A stretch of DNA of 64,000 nt from contig OZ024740.1 of NCBI GenBank assembly GCA_964016885.1, positions 437,534,001-437,598,000 on the forward strand, written 5' to 3'. The position numbers were made by a program, and so were the translations under genes. The notes below the pieces were generated by a model. That model searched no databases. It was not told the origin of the DNA and saw only the letters and a program-made list of their open reading frames with translations. Shown here in pieces: positions 26,149 through 39,266 of the stretch; position 1 is the stretch's first letter, and each line of letters opens with the position of its first letter. The DNA comes from Eledone cirrhosa (lineage: Eukaryota).

Positions 26149-28651
26149 TGCAGGTAGTTTGTTCCATGCTTCAGCAACTCTGAGCATGAAAAAATCTTTC
26201 TGAAAGTCATAGAAGCTGTACTGTTTTTTTCTGATCCTCTGTTCTCTGAATTTAAATCTTACCAAGGTCAATTTTGCCTTTCATCCTTTTGAGGAGATCA
26301 ATAGAATACCAATCAGTGGGTGATAGATTGGCAGATCAGACGAGATAACTTGTCGTATGTGTTCCAATTCTGTGTATTCTGAATTCAAATACCTGTTGCC
26401 AGAAAGGTAGATGCTTCTGCCAAGAGTTGAACCTAACTTAATGTAATGGATAAGGAAGCGCCAATAAAAACAAATTTTCTAATGAAATACAATCCATTTA
26501 ATTAATAAAGAATTTTGAGGGATTTACTAAAATTATTAAAAAACGTAAAATGATATGAGCTTCTTATATTAAATTATGTTAGATTTTAATTTAAATTGGA
26601 AACCTTTAAAATGGGTGGTTTTATTTCATAGAACCAGAGCTGGTTTTGGCTGGGTTGGTAACTAAAGGGTTAAAATAGGTGGTTTTATTTCATACAACCA
26701 GAGCCAGGTTGGTAAAAAAAGGGTTAAACTTTATTTCATAGAACCAGAGCCAGTTTTGGCCAGGTTGGTAACAAAAAGGTTAATCTCTTATGGACTAGGG
26801 AATGATCTGGTATTATTTCTGGTCTTTATAAAATACGTTATTAATCTATTTTATTAACTTTGTTATTGACTTTCTCTGCTGTATAATTTCATCAAATGGG
26901 TCTTCTCTTTTTATATTGTATATGTATGTATATATTTACACACATATATGCATACATGTCCATCATAAGTTAATAAAATAATGTTTCTATATATATATAT
27001 TCATCATCATCTCATTTGGTATTCTCTTCACTAATGTTCCTGAGCTAGGCCAGGAATAGAACCTCGAAAATATATTTTACCAGTTTGATTTGTTTTTCTA
27101 ACCACTGTTGGTGGTGGATTGACAGTATCGGTAGAGCATCAGACAGTATACTTTGCGGCATAGGGTTACGGCCCTTTACATTCTACCGAGGTTAGTTTTG
27201 TCCAACTCATGCAAGCATGGAAAAGCAGACGTAAAAATGCTGGTGATGGTGGTGGTGGTGGTGGTGGTGATGGTGATGGTGGTGGTGGTGATGATGATGA
27301 TGGTGATGGTCAGGTCATGGTGGTGATGGTCATGGTGGTGATGGTGATAAGAAAATAAGTGCTATCCCTTTGTAGTTATACTGCACGAGACAGTAGAAGC
27401 TCATCTATACAAAAAAAAAGACAAGTACCTGTAATATACAGGGTCCACTTAATTGTCTTTATTCTCTCTCTCTCTCACCTCCCCCCTCTCCCTCCCTATC
27501 TCTATCCCTCTCTCTTCCCCTCTCTCTCCCTCCCACTCCCACCTTTTTTCTTCCTGATAGTTTTTCAATGGTTGGAGGGTGAATGTTAGTTGTTATGCCG
27601 ATATCTATGCATGTGTTAGTACTGGTAAAAATAACTGCTTGTAATAATATGTTTGGAGCAGTAGCTCATTGAGTGGAAATGTAGAAGTGTTAGCCATGTT
27701 AGTTTTAGCAGAATGAGAATTGGATCTTACATCTTAACTGGAAATTCTTTGAACAGCAAAAGCAGCTTCTCTTAGATTTTGTCCATTGCCCCAAGGGAAA
27801 TTAAAGGTGCACAAACCTTGGTATGAGCAGTATTCAATTAATGGCATGGCTTGAAACTTGTAAAAGGCAAGCAGGTGCTGAAAGTCAGAATAACATGCTT
27901 CTTTGGATTGGGTAAGAAAAAGAAATAGAATTTCTTATCTCCACTTTCTACAACTGAGATATATTCTTACCAGATAATATTTCCTGAGATTGTTACACCT
28001 GTTATATTGCTTGTAGAAGGAGGCTAAAGGATAACTGGATAAACTGCTTAAAATAGTTGTAGCTATGAGAAATGATTAGAACAAATTAGAGATACATGCT
28101 CGTTCTTAAGAAATTCATTGATTTAATGTTGGTTATGGTTGTACAGCCTTAAATAGACAGTAAATGTTATCTAAAGCCATAGCCAAAGAGAGTTCTCTGA
28201 AATTCTGCTGTCATTGTCAATTACTGCTATAAGAGTCTACAGTACTAGAGTGAAAGAGGGGCTTTAATGACACAGCCAATGAAGGCTGAGCTGTCATGAC
28301 CAATGATCGCTATATCAGCTTATAATACTATACCTACTTACAGAACTATTTTACAGCAATAATTTATTCATACTGTTAAGTAAACTTGCAGTTTAAAACT
28401 ATTTTGGTATTAATACCTCATTAAATTTGTTAATTTTATGCTTAAAATTATTTTAGATTCAATTTAGTTTTTTGCTCTAACATAACTGATACGTAAATGT
28501 ATTCGTGAGTTTTATATCGAATAATAATATTCGATTCATTTGTATGCAAACAAAATTATTATTATTCAATATAAAACTCACGAATAGTTTAGACTAATTA
28601 TTCATGATATGTGATTTAAACTGTGATATTTACAAAATAATAATAAAGAAA

Positions 28652-28887
28652 ATTATTATGTACAATGCTCAGGTGCGCTACAACTCATCAAAGGTGCATG
28701 TATAGTACATAGAATAATATACAAATGTCAGGAAAGTGAACAGTGTATGAGTCATGGTATACACACAAATACATGCATGCGTGTGTATGGAGGGGGAATA
28801 TCAAGTGTAGTGTTGGCAAATTTCTGGAAGCATGGAGGTTTTGAAGGATGCAGTGTCTCGACAGCTAACAACTGATGCAGGTAGTTT
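28652..28887 (-). mobile_element. CR1 LINE 3' fragment
   Basis: Reverse-complement homologue of 24228-24460. Confidence 0.8.
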
Positions 28888-29814
28888 CTGGTAAATTACT
28901 TCAGACTGAGTGTGAGATTTAAGCTGTTATATTTTCTGGTATAATATTTTAGACTGGTTACTCATGGTGTGAGATTTAAACTGTCATATTTTTGGGTATA
29001 AAACAAAAAGTTTTTATAATAATTATGTTATCATAAAGTATTTAAATAAAAGATATAACATCTTGGCATTAGCATTTGTTCGACAGTTGGCATAACAGGC
29101 AAGGTTGTGGGTCTCTGGATATCACTTAACATGTTTATCTTAAGGAGTACCTCTAAGGGAAAGTTGATTATAGCCAACCCAGTATTTAACTGGTACTATA
29201 TCGTATCAACTGTGGATGGATGAAAGGTGAAGTTGACTTCAGCAGAGTTTGAACTCTGCGAGCCATAACTAAAATATCACAAAGCATTCTGTCCAATGCT
29301 CTACTGATTCTGCCAATCCCTTACTAATGTAATAATAACAAAGGAATTTCATGTGTATATGTGTATACTCTTTTACTATTTTACCTGTTCTAGCCATCTG
29401 GCTGAGGTTTACTCTTATCGCTGGTGATATTTGAATAATTCAAACTTGGATTATTACTTCTGTTCGTTTTATAGCGGGAATGGAATTTGCATATATATTT
29501 TTTTTTTTTTAAAGTATATCGAGAAAATTAAGAATAATGCTTGGATTGGGAGGAGGCACACAGAGAAACCTGTTGTCAGAGGAGTACCGTTCTTGGTAAC
29601 CACTGTCTTCAGTGTGAATTCTGGTTCTGATACAACATGCGAGCTTTAGTTTCTTCATGACTTGTGTAGCTTGGTTAGACCATCTTTTCTAGGCACTTGC
29701 CTTGTGGAACAAACGTTTTTGTTCAGGCTAGTACTGAATGATACCTCTGGGCTGAACATCAGAAGACCATACACACTAACTTGTGTCATTTTCTGCATAA
29801 TTACAATTTACTCC

Positions 29815-30075
29815 CCTACTCGTATAGGTGTCACGACAAAAAAACAGAGTCCACGCTGTAATGTGGCCGTGTAGGTAACACGGTAAAAAGTTCCCAGTCC
29901 ACACTGTAAATGTGGTTGGTGTTAGGAAGAGCATCCAGCCGTAGAAAACCTGCCAGATAGTCCTATATGAGCGAGACACGGTCACCCGACCAACCTTGCC
30001 TCTAGTGGGACAACTCCCGTCTAACCCATGCTAGCATGGAAGATGGACGTTAAACGAAGATGATGATGATGATAC
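29815..30075 (+). mobile_element. RTE family 3 3' UTR/tail
   Basis: Homologous to 63560-63937; (gat)n tail. Confidence 0.8.
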
Positions 30076-30446
30076 ACTCAAATGGCTGGTATTTATTAGA
30101 ACTATATAAACCGTAACAATCATAGAACAAGTGGCAAAAGAAAACAGAAATATTTTACCAACAGAATAAAAATTAATTATTCCATTTGATCTCTCTACAA
30201 GATATGTCCTGTGATGTTGCTTTAACTTTTCTTTAGTATCATCTACAAAAATAATTTCAATAGAATGGCAAATATGTTTGAAATCAAAGATTTTTGTCAG
30301 CTTGGCAAACATAACATTTACTGTCATAGCTTGTTTTTCTCTATCACAAACATAAATGTAACTAATGATATATCATTAGATACATTCAGGACTGTCATCT
30401 TAGAAGTTGTTGCTTTAGATGTTTATACCAGTAGCAAGAATGCTAA

Positions 30447-31256
30447 ATGTATGTATAACATGGTGTATATATTGTGAATATGAATGTGGGCAGAAATGTG
30501 TGTATAAGTTGGTGTATATAGTGTGAATGTAGACAGAAATGTATGTATAACATGGTGTATATATTGTGAATGTAGACAGAAATGTATGTATAACATGGTG
30601 TATATATTGTGAATCTAGACAAATGTATGTAGAATATGGTGTATATATTGTGAATGTAGACATATGTATGTACAACATGGTATATATATTGTGAATGTAG
30701 ACAGATGTACGTATAACATGGTGTATATATTGTGAATATGGACAGAAATGTATGTATAACATGGTGTATATATTGTGAATCTAGACAAATGTATGTAGAA
30801 TATGGTGTATATATTGTGAATGTAGACATATGTATGTATAACATGGTGTATATATTGTGAATATGGACAGAAATGTATGTATAATATGGTGTATATATTG
30901 TGAATGTAGACAGATATGTATAACATGGTGTATATATTGTGAATGTAGACAGAAATGTATGTATAACATTGTGTATATATTGTGAATGTAGACAAAAATG
31001 TATGTATAACATGGTGTATATATTGTGAATGTAGACAAAAATGTATGTATAACATGGTGTATATATTGTGAATGTAGACAGAAATGTATGTATAACATGG
31101 TGTATATATTGTGAATGTAGACAGAAATGTATGTATAACATGGTGTATATATTGTGAATGTAGACGGAAATGTGATGTATAACATGTTGTATATATTGTG
31201 AATGTAGACAGAAATGTATGTATAACATGGTGTATATATTGTGAATGTAGACAGAC
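30447..31256. repeat. ~41-43-bp minisatellite, ~19 copies
   Basis: Unit gtagacagaaatgtatgtataacatggtgtatatattgtgaat. Confidence 0.95.
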
Positions 31257-32164
31257 AAGTTGTGATTTTTATAAATAATGGCAGAAATTATTTATGTTTC
31301 CCTCTTTATTGATTATACAGAGAAGGTTTTGGGGGGTTTCTTGTTTTTGTTCATATTTTCATTTCTGCCTGTTTGCACTGTTATATTCCATTCTACTAAA
31401 ACTATTGTTTACCAGCAAATATAGAGAGTAGCTTTATTCTGTGTTTAAGTCCTTGAAGCCCAGGCACTCATTGGGACTAGAGCTTGTCTCAGTTTTACTG
31501 ATATTAAGGGACTTCAGCTTACCCCAATTTTACTGACATTAAGGGACTGGGGTTTGTCTCAGTTTTACTGACATTGAAACTATAAAACCTCCCTCTGAAG
31601 AGGACACAAATCTTTTGTAAAGTTAAACTCTAACTAATGCTACTGGTACTCAGTTTTTTCTACTGAAGCTATCTGAAATAAAGTATCTTGCTCAAAGGCA
31701 CAATGCATCACCCAGTCTGGGGAATCAGACCCACAATCATATGGTTATGAGCCCCTAACCCTAAGGACTAAGCCATATGCCTTCTGGGAATGCATGTAAG
31801 TTGTTACACTCAGACTCCATATGCTAAACATGATTACCCTCCTTTTACATCTGCTTTACCTGGCTTGTATGGGTTGGATGTATCTTCTGTCATGTTCAGC
31901 ATTGTGAGATCACCACCTCTGTCAAGGTCTTCCTTGGTCTTCCTCTACTACAACTTCCCTCCATTAGCAACTCCTGCCACTTCCTCCCCCAGTAATTATC
32001 ATCCATATACATCACATGTCCATGAGAGATATCAAATTTTAATATTTTCTTTTTGTTAAATACCTTATTAGTGTGTGTGTGTTTAACTTTAATAACTTTA
32101 TTTCCTTAAGTTCATCAATGCAAGATAAATTGCACCACTATATACACCACTATATATATATATA

Positions 32165-32552
32165 TATACTTGGGGAGGGTCATATTTGTGTAATAATATT
32201 GCCAGAATTAATAACAGAACACACACACTGTTTAGTTGGTTTTCGCTTCTGTATATCAGTTAATTTAATTTATTTGATCCTCAATGTTACCATTGCCTAA
32301 CCAACGGTCAAAAATACAGATACAATATAGACACAAGCACATATATATAGTCTAACATATATATATATATGTGTTTGTGTTTATATTATATCTGTATTTT
32401 TGACCGTTGGTCAGTCAATGGTAACATTGAGGACCGAATAGATGAAATTAACCGATATAAAGGACACAGAAGCGAAAACCAACCAAACAGTGAGTGTGTT
32501 CTGTTATTAATTCTGGCAATATTATTACACAAATATGACCCTCCCCAAGTAT
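32165..32552. repeat. inverted pair (~185-bp arms) of a dispersed repeat
   Basis: tacttggggagggtcatatttgtg...cacaaatatgaccctccccaagta; single copies at ~44800-44995 and 55560-55625. Confidence 0.85.
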
Positions 32553-32661
32553 AACAATATTTGTTTCGACACACGATTTCATAGTAAAAATTTCACAAAA
32601 CTAATTCATCGCCATTATATATATATATATATATATATATATAATGGCGATGAATATATAA

Positions 32662-32846
32662 GGGCAGTGAATTGGCAGTATTGGTATCAGTATTGGACGC
32701 CATGCTTTTCAGCATAGTTACGTCCCTTTACAGTCTGAGTTCAAATCCCGCCGAGGTTAACTTTGCCTTTCATCCTTACGGGGTCGATAAAATAAAGTAC
32801 CAGTAATGTACTGGGTAATTGCTGGCCTTGTGCCTAAGGTAGAAAC

Positions 32847-32850
<4 letters not shown>
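32662..32850 (+). mobile_element. SINE family B, near full length
   Basis: SINE B consensus. Confidence 0.85.
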
Positions 32851-32887
<37 letters not shown>

Positions 32888-32899
32888 TATATATATATA

Positions 32900-34468
32900 T
32901 CATCATCATCATCATCATCATCATCATTTTACGTCTGCTCTTCCCTGCTTGCAAGGGTGGGACGGGTCTTATTCAGCACAGCATCTCTCCACTCGTCACG
33001 GTCCTTCGTCATCTCCACCGTGAGCTTCAATGATCTGAGGTCTGTTCTCACCACCTCCGCCCATGTTTTTCGTGGTCTACCTCTACCACGTCTTCCTTCA
33101 ACTGGCATTTCCTGGCACTTCTTTACCCATCGGTCATCCTCCATGCGCATCACATATCCATACCTCCTCAGTCTCCTCTCCCGTACACTACATTCTATTC
33201 CTCTCAGACACAGTTTCTCTCTCAACACATTTATGCTGGGTCGGTCACGCACATTTACACTGCACATCCAATGGAGCATGCTTGCCTCATTTCTCTCCAG
33301 CCGTCGCATATCCTCTGCAGTCGCTGCCCATGTCTCACTACCATGCAGCATCGCGCTCCTCACACAGGCATCATACAACCGGCCTTTCGTACACAGGGAG
33401 AAACTCTTCTTCGTCAACAGAGGAAGCAGCTTCCAACCCATCCTTATTCTAGATACTATGGCCTCGGAACAACCTCCTCCCATGCTAATCTGATCTCCTA
33501 GGTACCGGAAGCTATCCACCACTTCTATAGCGCCCTCCTGCATTTGAAAAATGTGTCTATCAATGCGACTTCTACTGTCTAATTTCCCTGTACATCTACT
33601 GCATACATATTTCTCCCTACCTGTTAGTTTGCCTGCTATCCCGCTACATCTCTTGTGTACCCAGGATCTGCATTGTGTGCATTTTATAGAATTTATGCCA
33701 GTTCCTTTTCTGCATATCGAACATGGCCATTTCCTTGACGGAATCAGAGTTTTGTCCTCTTTTCTACTCATCAACACTTTTGTCTTAGCTAGGTTCACTC
33801 TCAGTCCTCTTGCTTCCAACTGTTGTTTCCATAGCCAGAATTTATTCTCTAGCTCCTCTACTGATTCTGCTATAAGAACCAGATCGTCAGCATAGAGAAG
33901 TTCCCATGGACAGCCAGTCTTAAACTCCTCTGTTATGGCTTGGAGGACTATAATGAACAAGTGCGGGCTGAGGACCGAACCTTGATGTACTCCTGCTTGT
34001 ATCTGGAATTCCTCACTAAACTCCATTCCTACCCTGACTTTACTGAGAGTACCTCTGTACAAAGTTTACACTGTCCTCACAAGCCATTCCTCAACACCTA
34101 GCTTCCTTAGGGACAACCAGATGACAGATCGGGGTACCCTATCAAAAGCCTTCTCTAGGTCAACAAAGGCTAAGTATAGTGGCTTATTTTTCTCTAAGAA
34201 CCTCCCTTGCAATTGTCTCACCAAGAAAAGGGCCTCTGTTGTACTCTTGCCAGGCACAAAACCAAACTGCATCTCATCTAGTTTGACCCTTTCTCTAATT
34301 AGTTGTGCTAATATCATTTCTGCCACTTTCATAACCTGATCCATCAGTTTAATACCCCTATAATTGCTCCTCTCCAGAGCAACCCCTTTACCTTTGTAGC
34401 AATTTATGAGATTACTGTTGCACCAGTCTTTGGGTATGACACCACCATATATAGTCTGATTGATGATG
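32900..34468 (-). mobile_element. RTE LINE family 1: RT domain to 3' end, with PHD-like insert
   Basis: NYRGIKL, QFGF, FVDLEKAFD, GVHQGSVLSP, LLYADD, YLG; stop at 34066; ORF ends TRPTLASREEQT* followed directly by (tga)n. Confidence 0.95.
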
Positions 34469-35804
34469 TATATATATATTTATTAAAATAACAGATTAAA
34501 GTTTAAGCAAAGAATCGCTGCTTTCACCCTTAACGGGATCTTCTGAAACTAACAAAGTCAATCTGTGAACACAGAAGTAAATATTTCAAAATACGGAGGA
34601 AGACAGGAAGATAATACTTTGGTTCGTGGAAACGTTCCCTGGCAAAGAACGGGAAAAAACGAATATAATACGTCATTATTTGGAGCGGTGAAAAACAATT
34701 ACACGCAAAGACAAAACCACGTTTATGGAATGAAAGAAGTCGTAGAATAATATTCTATTAGGTGGTTCATAGAGACATTCTCTGGCAATGAACGGAAAAA
34801 AACGAAGAAAATACGTCATGTGGAGCGGGGAGAACAATTGCACGCAAAGACAAAACCACGTAAATGGTATAACTGAAGTCGTAGACAAATATATATAATG
34901 GTGCAATTTATCTTGCATTGATGAACATGGAAGATAGACGTTAAACGATGATGATGATTATATATATATATATATATCAGTGATATATATATATTATGTG
35001 GTATATAATATATATCAGTTCTCCAATCTTCTATCATTTACTAATTAGTAATCAAATGAATATTATTTTATAATTAGTCATATCATATATCTGACAAGAA
35101 GTTGAAATTATGGGATTTTACCATAGTAAACCAGTAAACAAACTGTAAGGGTTTTCTCACTCAAAATAATGGGTTCAATGTCTAAAATAGTTCTTACTCA
35201 AGGTACTATCCTATTTTTAGTCCTGGCATGTGTAAAACCTGTTGAGTCTTCTTAAAATTATATTATCTTTTCCTTTCTCTTTGAGCCAAGAAAATTATTT
35301 TAAAGGTTGTGAAGTTATTGTGACAAATCAAATGCACTTATATTTTAATAAATAACCCTTCCAGACACCTCCCGTGTTCTAACACCCCACCCTTCATCCA
35401 CATCCCTACATCCCCAGCCTTTTTCACTTAAGTGCCTCACCCTAGATCAACCGCTCCACCCCCCCCCCCCCAATATCCCAGTCCACACTGTAAACTGGTT
35501 GTGTAGGTGTCACAACAAAAAACGCCCAGCCCACCCTGTAAATGTGGTTGGCGTTAGGAAGGGCATCCAGTCATAGAAATTGAGCCAGAAGTAGTTCTGT
35601 ATGAGCAAGATATGGTCATCCGATCAGGTTTGTCTCACAACAGGACAACTCATGTAACCCATGCTAGTGTGGAAAAATAGATGTTAAGCGATGATGATGA
35701 TGATGATATATCTTTTGTCTGTTTAATGCTTTTAATATAAACGAACAAACAGCCTTTAAATGTTTATCCAATGAAATATTGTTATATCTTACTATTTTTT
35801 ACAG

Positions 35805-35987
35805 ATTCACAATCATTGGATGATGGAAAACCTGATAAAGTGTCCCCTGCTAACAGTGTCATATCTACAATGGCTGCCGATAGTACTGAAGATGATACAA
35901 TGGGAGACTACACTTGCGAGATGTGCAGTGCCACATTTCACAGCTTAAACCAGTTTATGAACCACAGAAACTTTGAATGTCTTGGAG
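35805..35987 (+). CDS. internal exon of a zinc-finger transcription factor; C2HC finger resembling ZNF423/ZNF521 (Oaz) finger 1
   Basis: Acceptor ctattttttacag|, donor |gtaggt, 183 nt, phase 1-1, open frame SQSLDDGKPDKVSPANSVISTMAADSTEDDTMGDYTCEMCSATFHSLNQFMNHRNFECLG; non-repetitive, with an acidic stretch before the finger. Confidence 0.8.
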
Positions 35988-36009
35988 GTAGGTACTTCAA
36001 TATATCAAT

Positions 36010-36205
36010 GATTTCTAGTATAGGCACAAGGCCAGTAATTTGGGGAGGAGAAAGTCGATTAAATCGACCCTAGTACGTTACTGGTGCTTTATTTTAACAA
36101 ACACCGTAAGGATGAAAGGTAAAGTTAACCTCGGCGAGATTTGAACTCAGACCGTAAAGGACCGTAACTCTATGCTGCAAAGGATGGTGTCCAATCCACT
36201 GCCCT
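36010..36205 (-). mobile_element. SINE family B variant
   Basis: SINE B consensus with a longer 3' part. Confidence 0.8.
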
Positions 36206-37618
36206 AACTTCAATATATCAATAAAATCAGATCATTAAAAATATAGTAAATAGAGACAAAAAATGGAATCTATTTCTTCAAATTATAGAATATTAAAACT
36301 ATGTTCACCAAATGAAAGACCTCAAATTGAGTGCAGCAATTCTTAAAATCAAAACTATATAATGATAGGAATGGGGTGCCTATCATTAAAATATTCAAGG
36401 GACCTTTTATACAGTGCAGCTTTGGCGGAGGCCAGCTAACCCTGCACAGGTGAGAGCCATAATTACAATGAATGGAAAAACCAAATTTTTACCATATATT
36501 CCACTTTCTGCTACTAAAAGATCATATTGACATAACAAACATCTTATTGGTTACATATGTATGTATGACATTTCCTAACAAAATAACTCTGATAATAATT
36601 ATTGTTGGCAAAACAATAATTATATTTAAATTCGTTTTTTTGTGTGTGTTTTTGTTTTGTTAATCTAACCTTATCTGATCATTACAAATAAGCAAATTAA
36701 AATATGAAATTATGAAAAAAACATTGTCATGTCAAAGTGAAGGATTTTACTATATAACACCTTCCCTTATATATATATAGAAGATTCTCAGACAAGACAC
36801 AAAGAAAGAGGTAGCTGTTTTGTAGTATATAGATTATATTATCCAAGGAGAGCAGCAGTGAATGTGATGGTGATTATAAAGTCTTAAAAAATAAAAATGG
36901 GTCTGGAGTACTAGGACTTGAAAGACAGACACTATGATACAGAAAATAGTTCTGTTGATGTACATTTATAGATAGGTACTAATATTAGATAGTATTGGAA
37001 ATAGCAGACAATTCCTCAGGGAGGAAGCATGTGGTTAGAACAATGCTCATTTAGACAACATGATAGTGAAATAATAGCATTCTAGATCAAGCGATATAAG
37101 ATAAAAGTGAAGTTTGGGAAGTGTGAAAGAAAGATAGTGACAGACAAGGAAATTATATATAACCTAGTGACATTATATTTACCATCATCTGTATGCTTCA
37201 TTAACTCTTAATATCTGGCTAACTGATTGGTAACCAGTAAAATAATTAACTAACTTGTTTTCTGAAGTTTCATTATAGATAACTGGTTCACTTGTATTAG
37301 ATATCTTTACAAGTTTCACACTGTCCTCATCTATAACACACTGTTCATAGATTCTATCTAGAACTTTCTAGCTAACACTGCCCACATTTCCTGACCAAAT
37401 CAACATATAACTATACTGATTCTTTCCACTGATTAATCCCAATATGCCTTCAATTTCTCACTAAACAGACCTTCACTATTATTCTCCACAAATATATTCT
37501 GCTTACATGGTTTTATCAAAACATCTCCCAAGAGGAAGTATGTATACTCCAATCTATGCAACATTTGCTAGCAGCAAATACCCCAAATTATTGTGTTTAA
37601 ATGTGTGTATGTGTGTGT

Positions 37619-38195
37619 CATCATCATCATCATCATCATTTAACGTCCATCTTCCACACTAGCATGGGTCTGGACGGAAATTGTCCCACTTGAGGCAAGA
37701 TTGGTTGTCTGGTGGGTTTTCTACATCTGGATGCCCTTCCTAACACCAACCACGTTTACAGTGTGGACTGGGAGGTTTTTACCGTGTTACCTACACGGCC
37801 ACATTACAGCGTGGACTGTGTGTTTTTTTGTTGTGACACCTACACGACCTCATTTATTTAGGACTGGATGTTGTGGTACCAACATAACTTTACATCGAAA
37901 GGGGTGGTGTAGATGGCGGTGGGGGTAGGGGTAGTGGGACAGGGGTGTATTTTGGTTAAGAGGTGCCTACTGACTTTAGGTTTCGCTTTGTACTTAGGCA
38001 AGGCTGGTCTTCTGTATTACTGCGTAGTGCGAAAGATCTCGGTCCAGGGACATTGTCTTAGAGAGGTGTAAGTGTGTGAGATCGGAATTTATCAAGTCGT
38101 CCCAGGTTTTTCTGGGTCTGCCTACTCCGTAGCTACCGTCTATTTTGATCGGCCTGCACTTTTTTATACAGCGCATCACGTGACCATACCAACGT
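37619..38195 (-). mobile_element. RTE LINE family 3, 3' end
   Basis: GRPRKTWDDLINSDL...DRDL, 3' UTR, (tga)n. Confidence 0.85.
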
Positions 38196-39092
38196 TGTGT
38201 GTGTGTATATATATGTCTGTATGTGTGTGTATATATATATATACATATATGTGTGTGTCATCATCATCATCATCATCACTGTTTAACATCCATTTTTGCA
38301 TGTTAGTGTGATAATATATACAACATAATATATATATATATTATGTATCACAAAACATCCAGCACACACTGTAAATGTTTTTGGCATTAGGAAGGGCAAC
38401 CATCCAGAAACTGTAATATATGAGCGAGACATGGTCTCCCGATCCAACTTGCCTCAAAAGGGACAAACCCGTCTAACCCATGCTAGCATGGAAAACAGAT
38501 GTTAATATATGTATATATTCATTTGGGTGAGCTAAGGTACGGAAAGCATACAACATGTGGGGGGGGGGGGCATATCAAGTAGAGAAAAATTCCGGTTAGA
38601 AATGTATATAAGTTGGAGTTAGGGTTAGCTTTAGGAATTGAAAATTAAAACAGTGTTTAAATAAGTAGATCAAGGACCTAATAAGACAACACAATGTATC
38701 TGCTTCGGATTCGCCTCGTAGTTCAATGTCATATTATATTAAATCACAATAGTAGTAAGCTATGGTGGTTAACAACAACTGAGAAAGGTGACCCCACCCC
38801 CAACACACACAGGACCCAAAGGTCCACCGACTGTTCCGAGTAATTACGGTTTACCATAGAAAAGGTAAATTTAGTTTATTTCCAAGCACTCAAACTAAGT
38901 TTGACTTCTTCGACTTGGTGGGCAGCAGAGCCTGGGCTGGTCGCATCCCAGATGAGGGGCCCACCCCCGCCAAAAGGGGAGATTATCATTCCTCTCAAGT
39001 AGATTCTTTCTTTATATTTCTTTCTCCCTTCCTTTCTCTCGCTCTCTTTTCTTCTCTGGAGGAAATTACACAAGCACCCACCTTACTACCAC

Positions 39093-39266
39093 CAACACCA
39101 TCTCATTCATTCAGACATAGTTACTACCACCAATACCATCTCATTCAGACATAGTTACTACCACCAATACCATCTCATTCAGACATAGTTACTACCACCA
39201 ATACCATCTCATTCAAACATAGTTACTATAGTTACTACCACCAATACCATCTCATTCATTCAGACA
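39093..39266. repeat. 34-bp minisatellite, ~4-5 copies
   Basis: Unit catctcattcagacatagttactaccaccaatac. Confidence 0.9.

Noticed and set aside
27841-27917. ATG...gg|gtaaga candidate first coding exon after a CT-rich tract
   Set aside because: It ends in phase 2, incompatible with the phase 1 zinc-finger exon; a non-coding 5' exon cannot be excluded but is unsupported
30415-31258. Regular 41-43-bp repeats (also 20706-21099 and 54993-55451) resembling CRISPR arrays or repeat proteins
   Set aside because: Head-to-tail units without unique spacers, eukaryotic context, no cas genes
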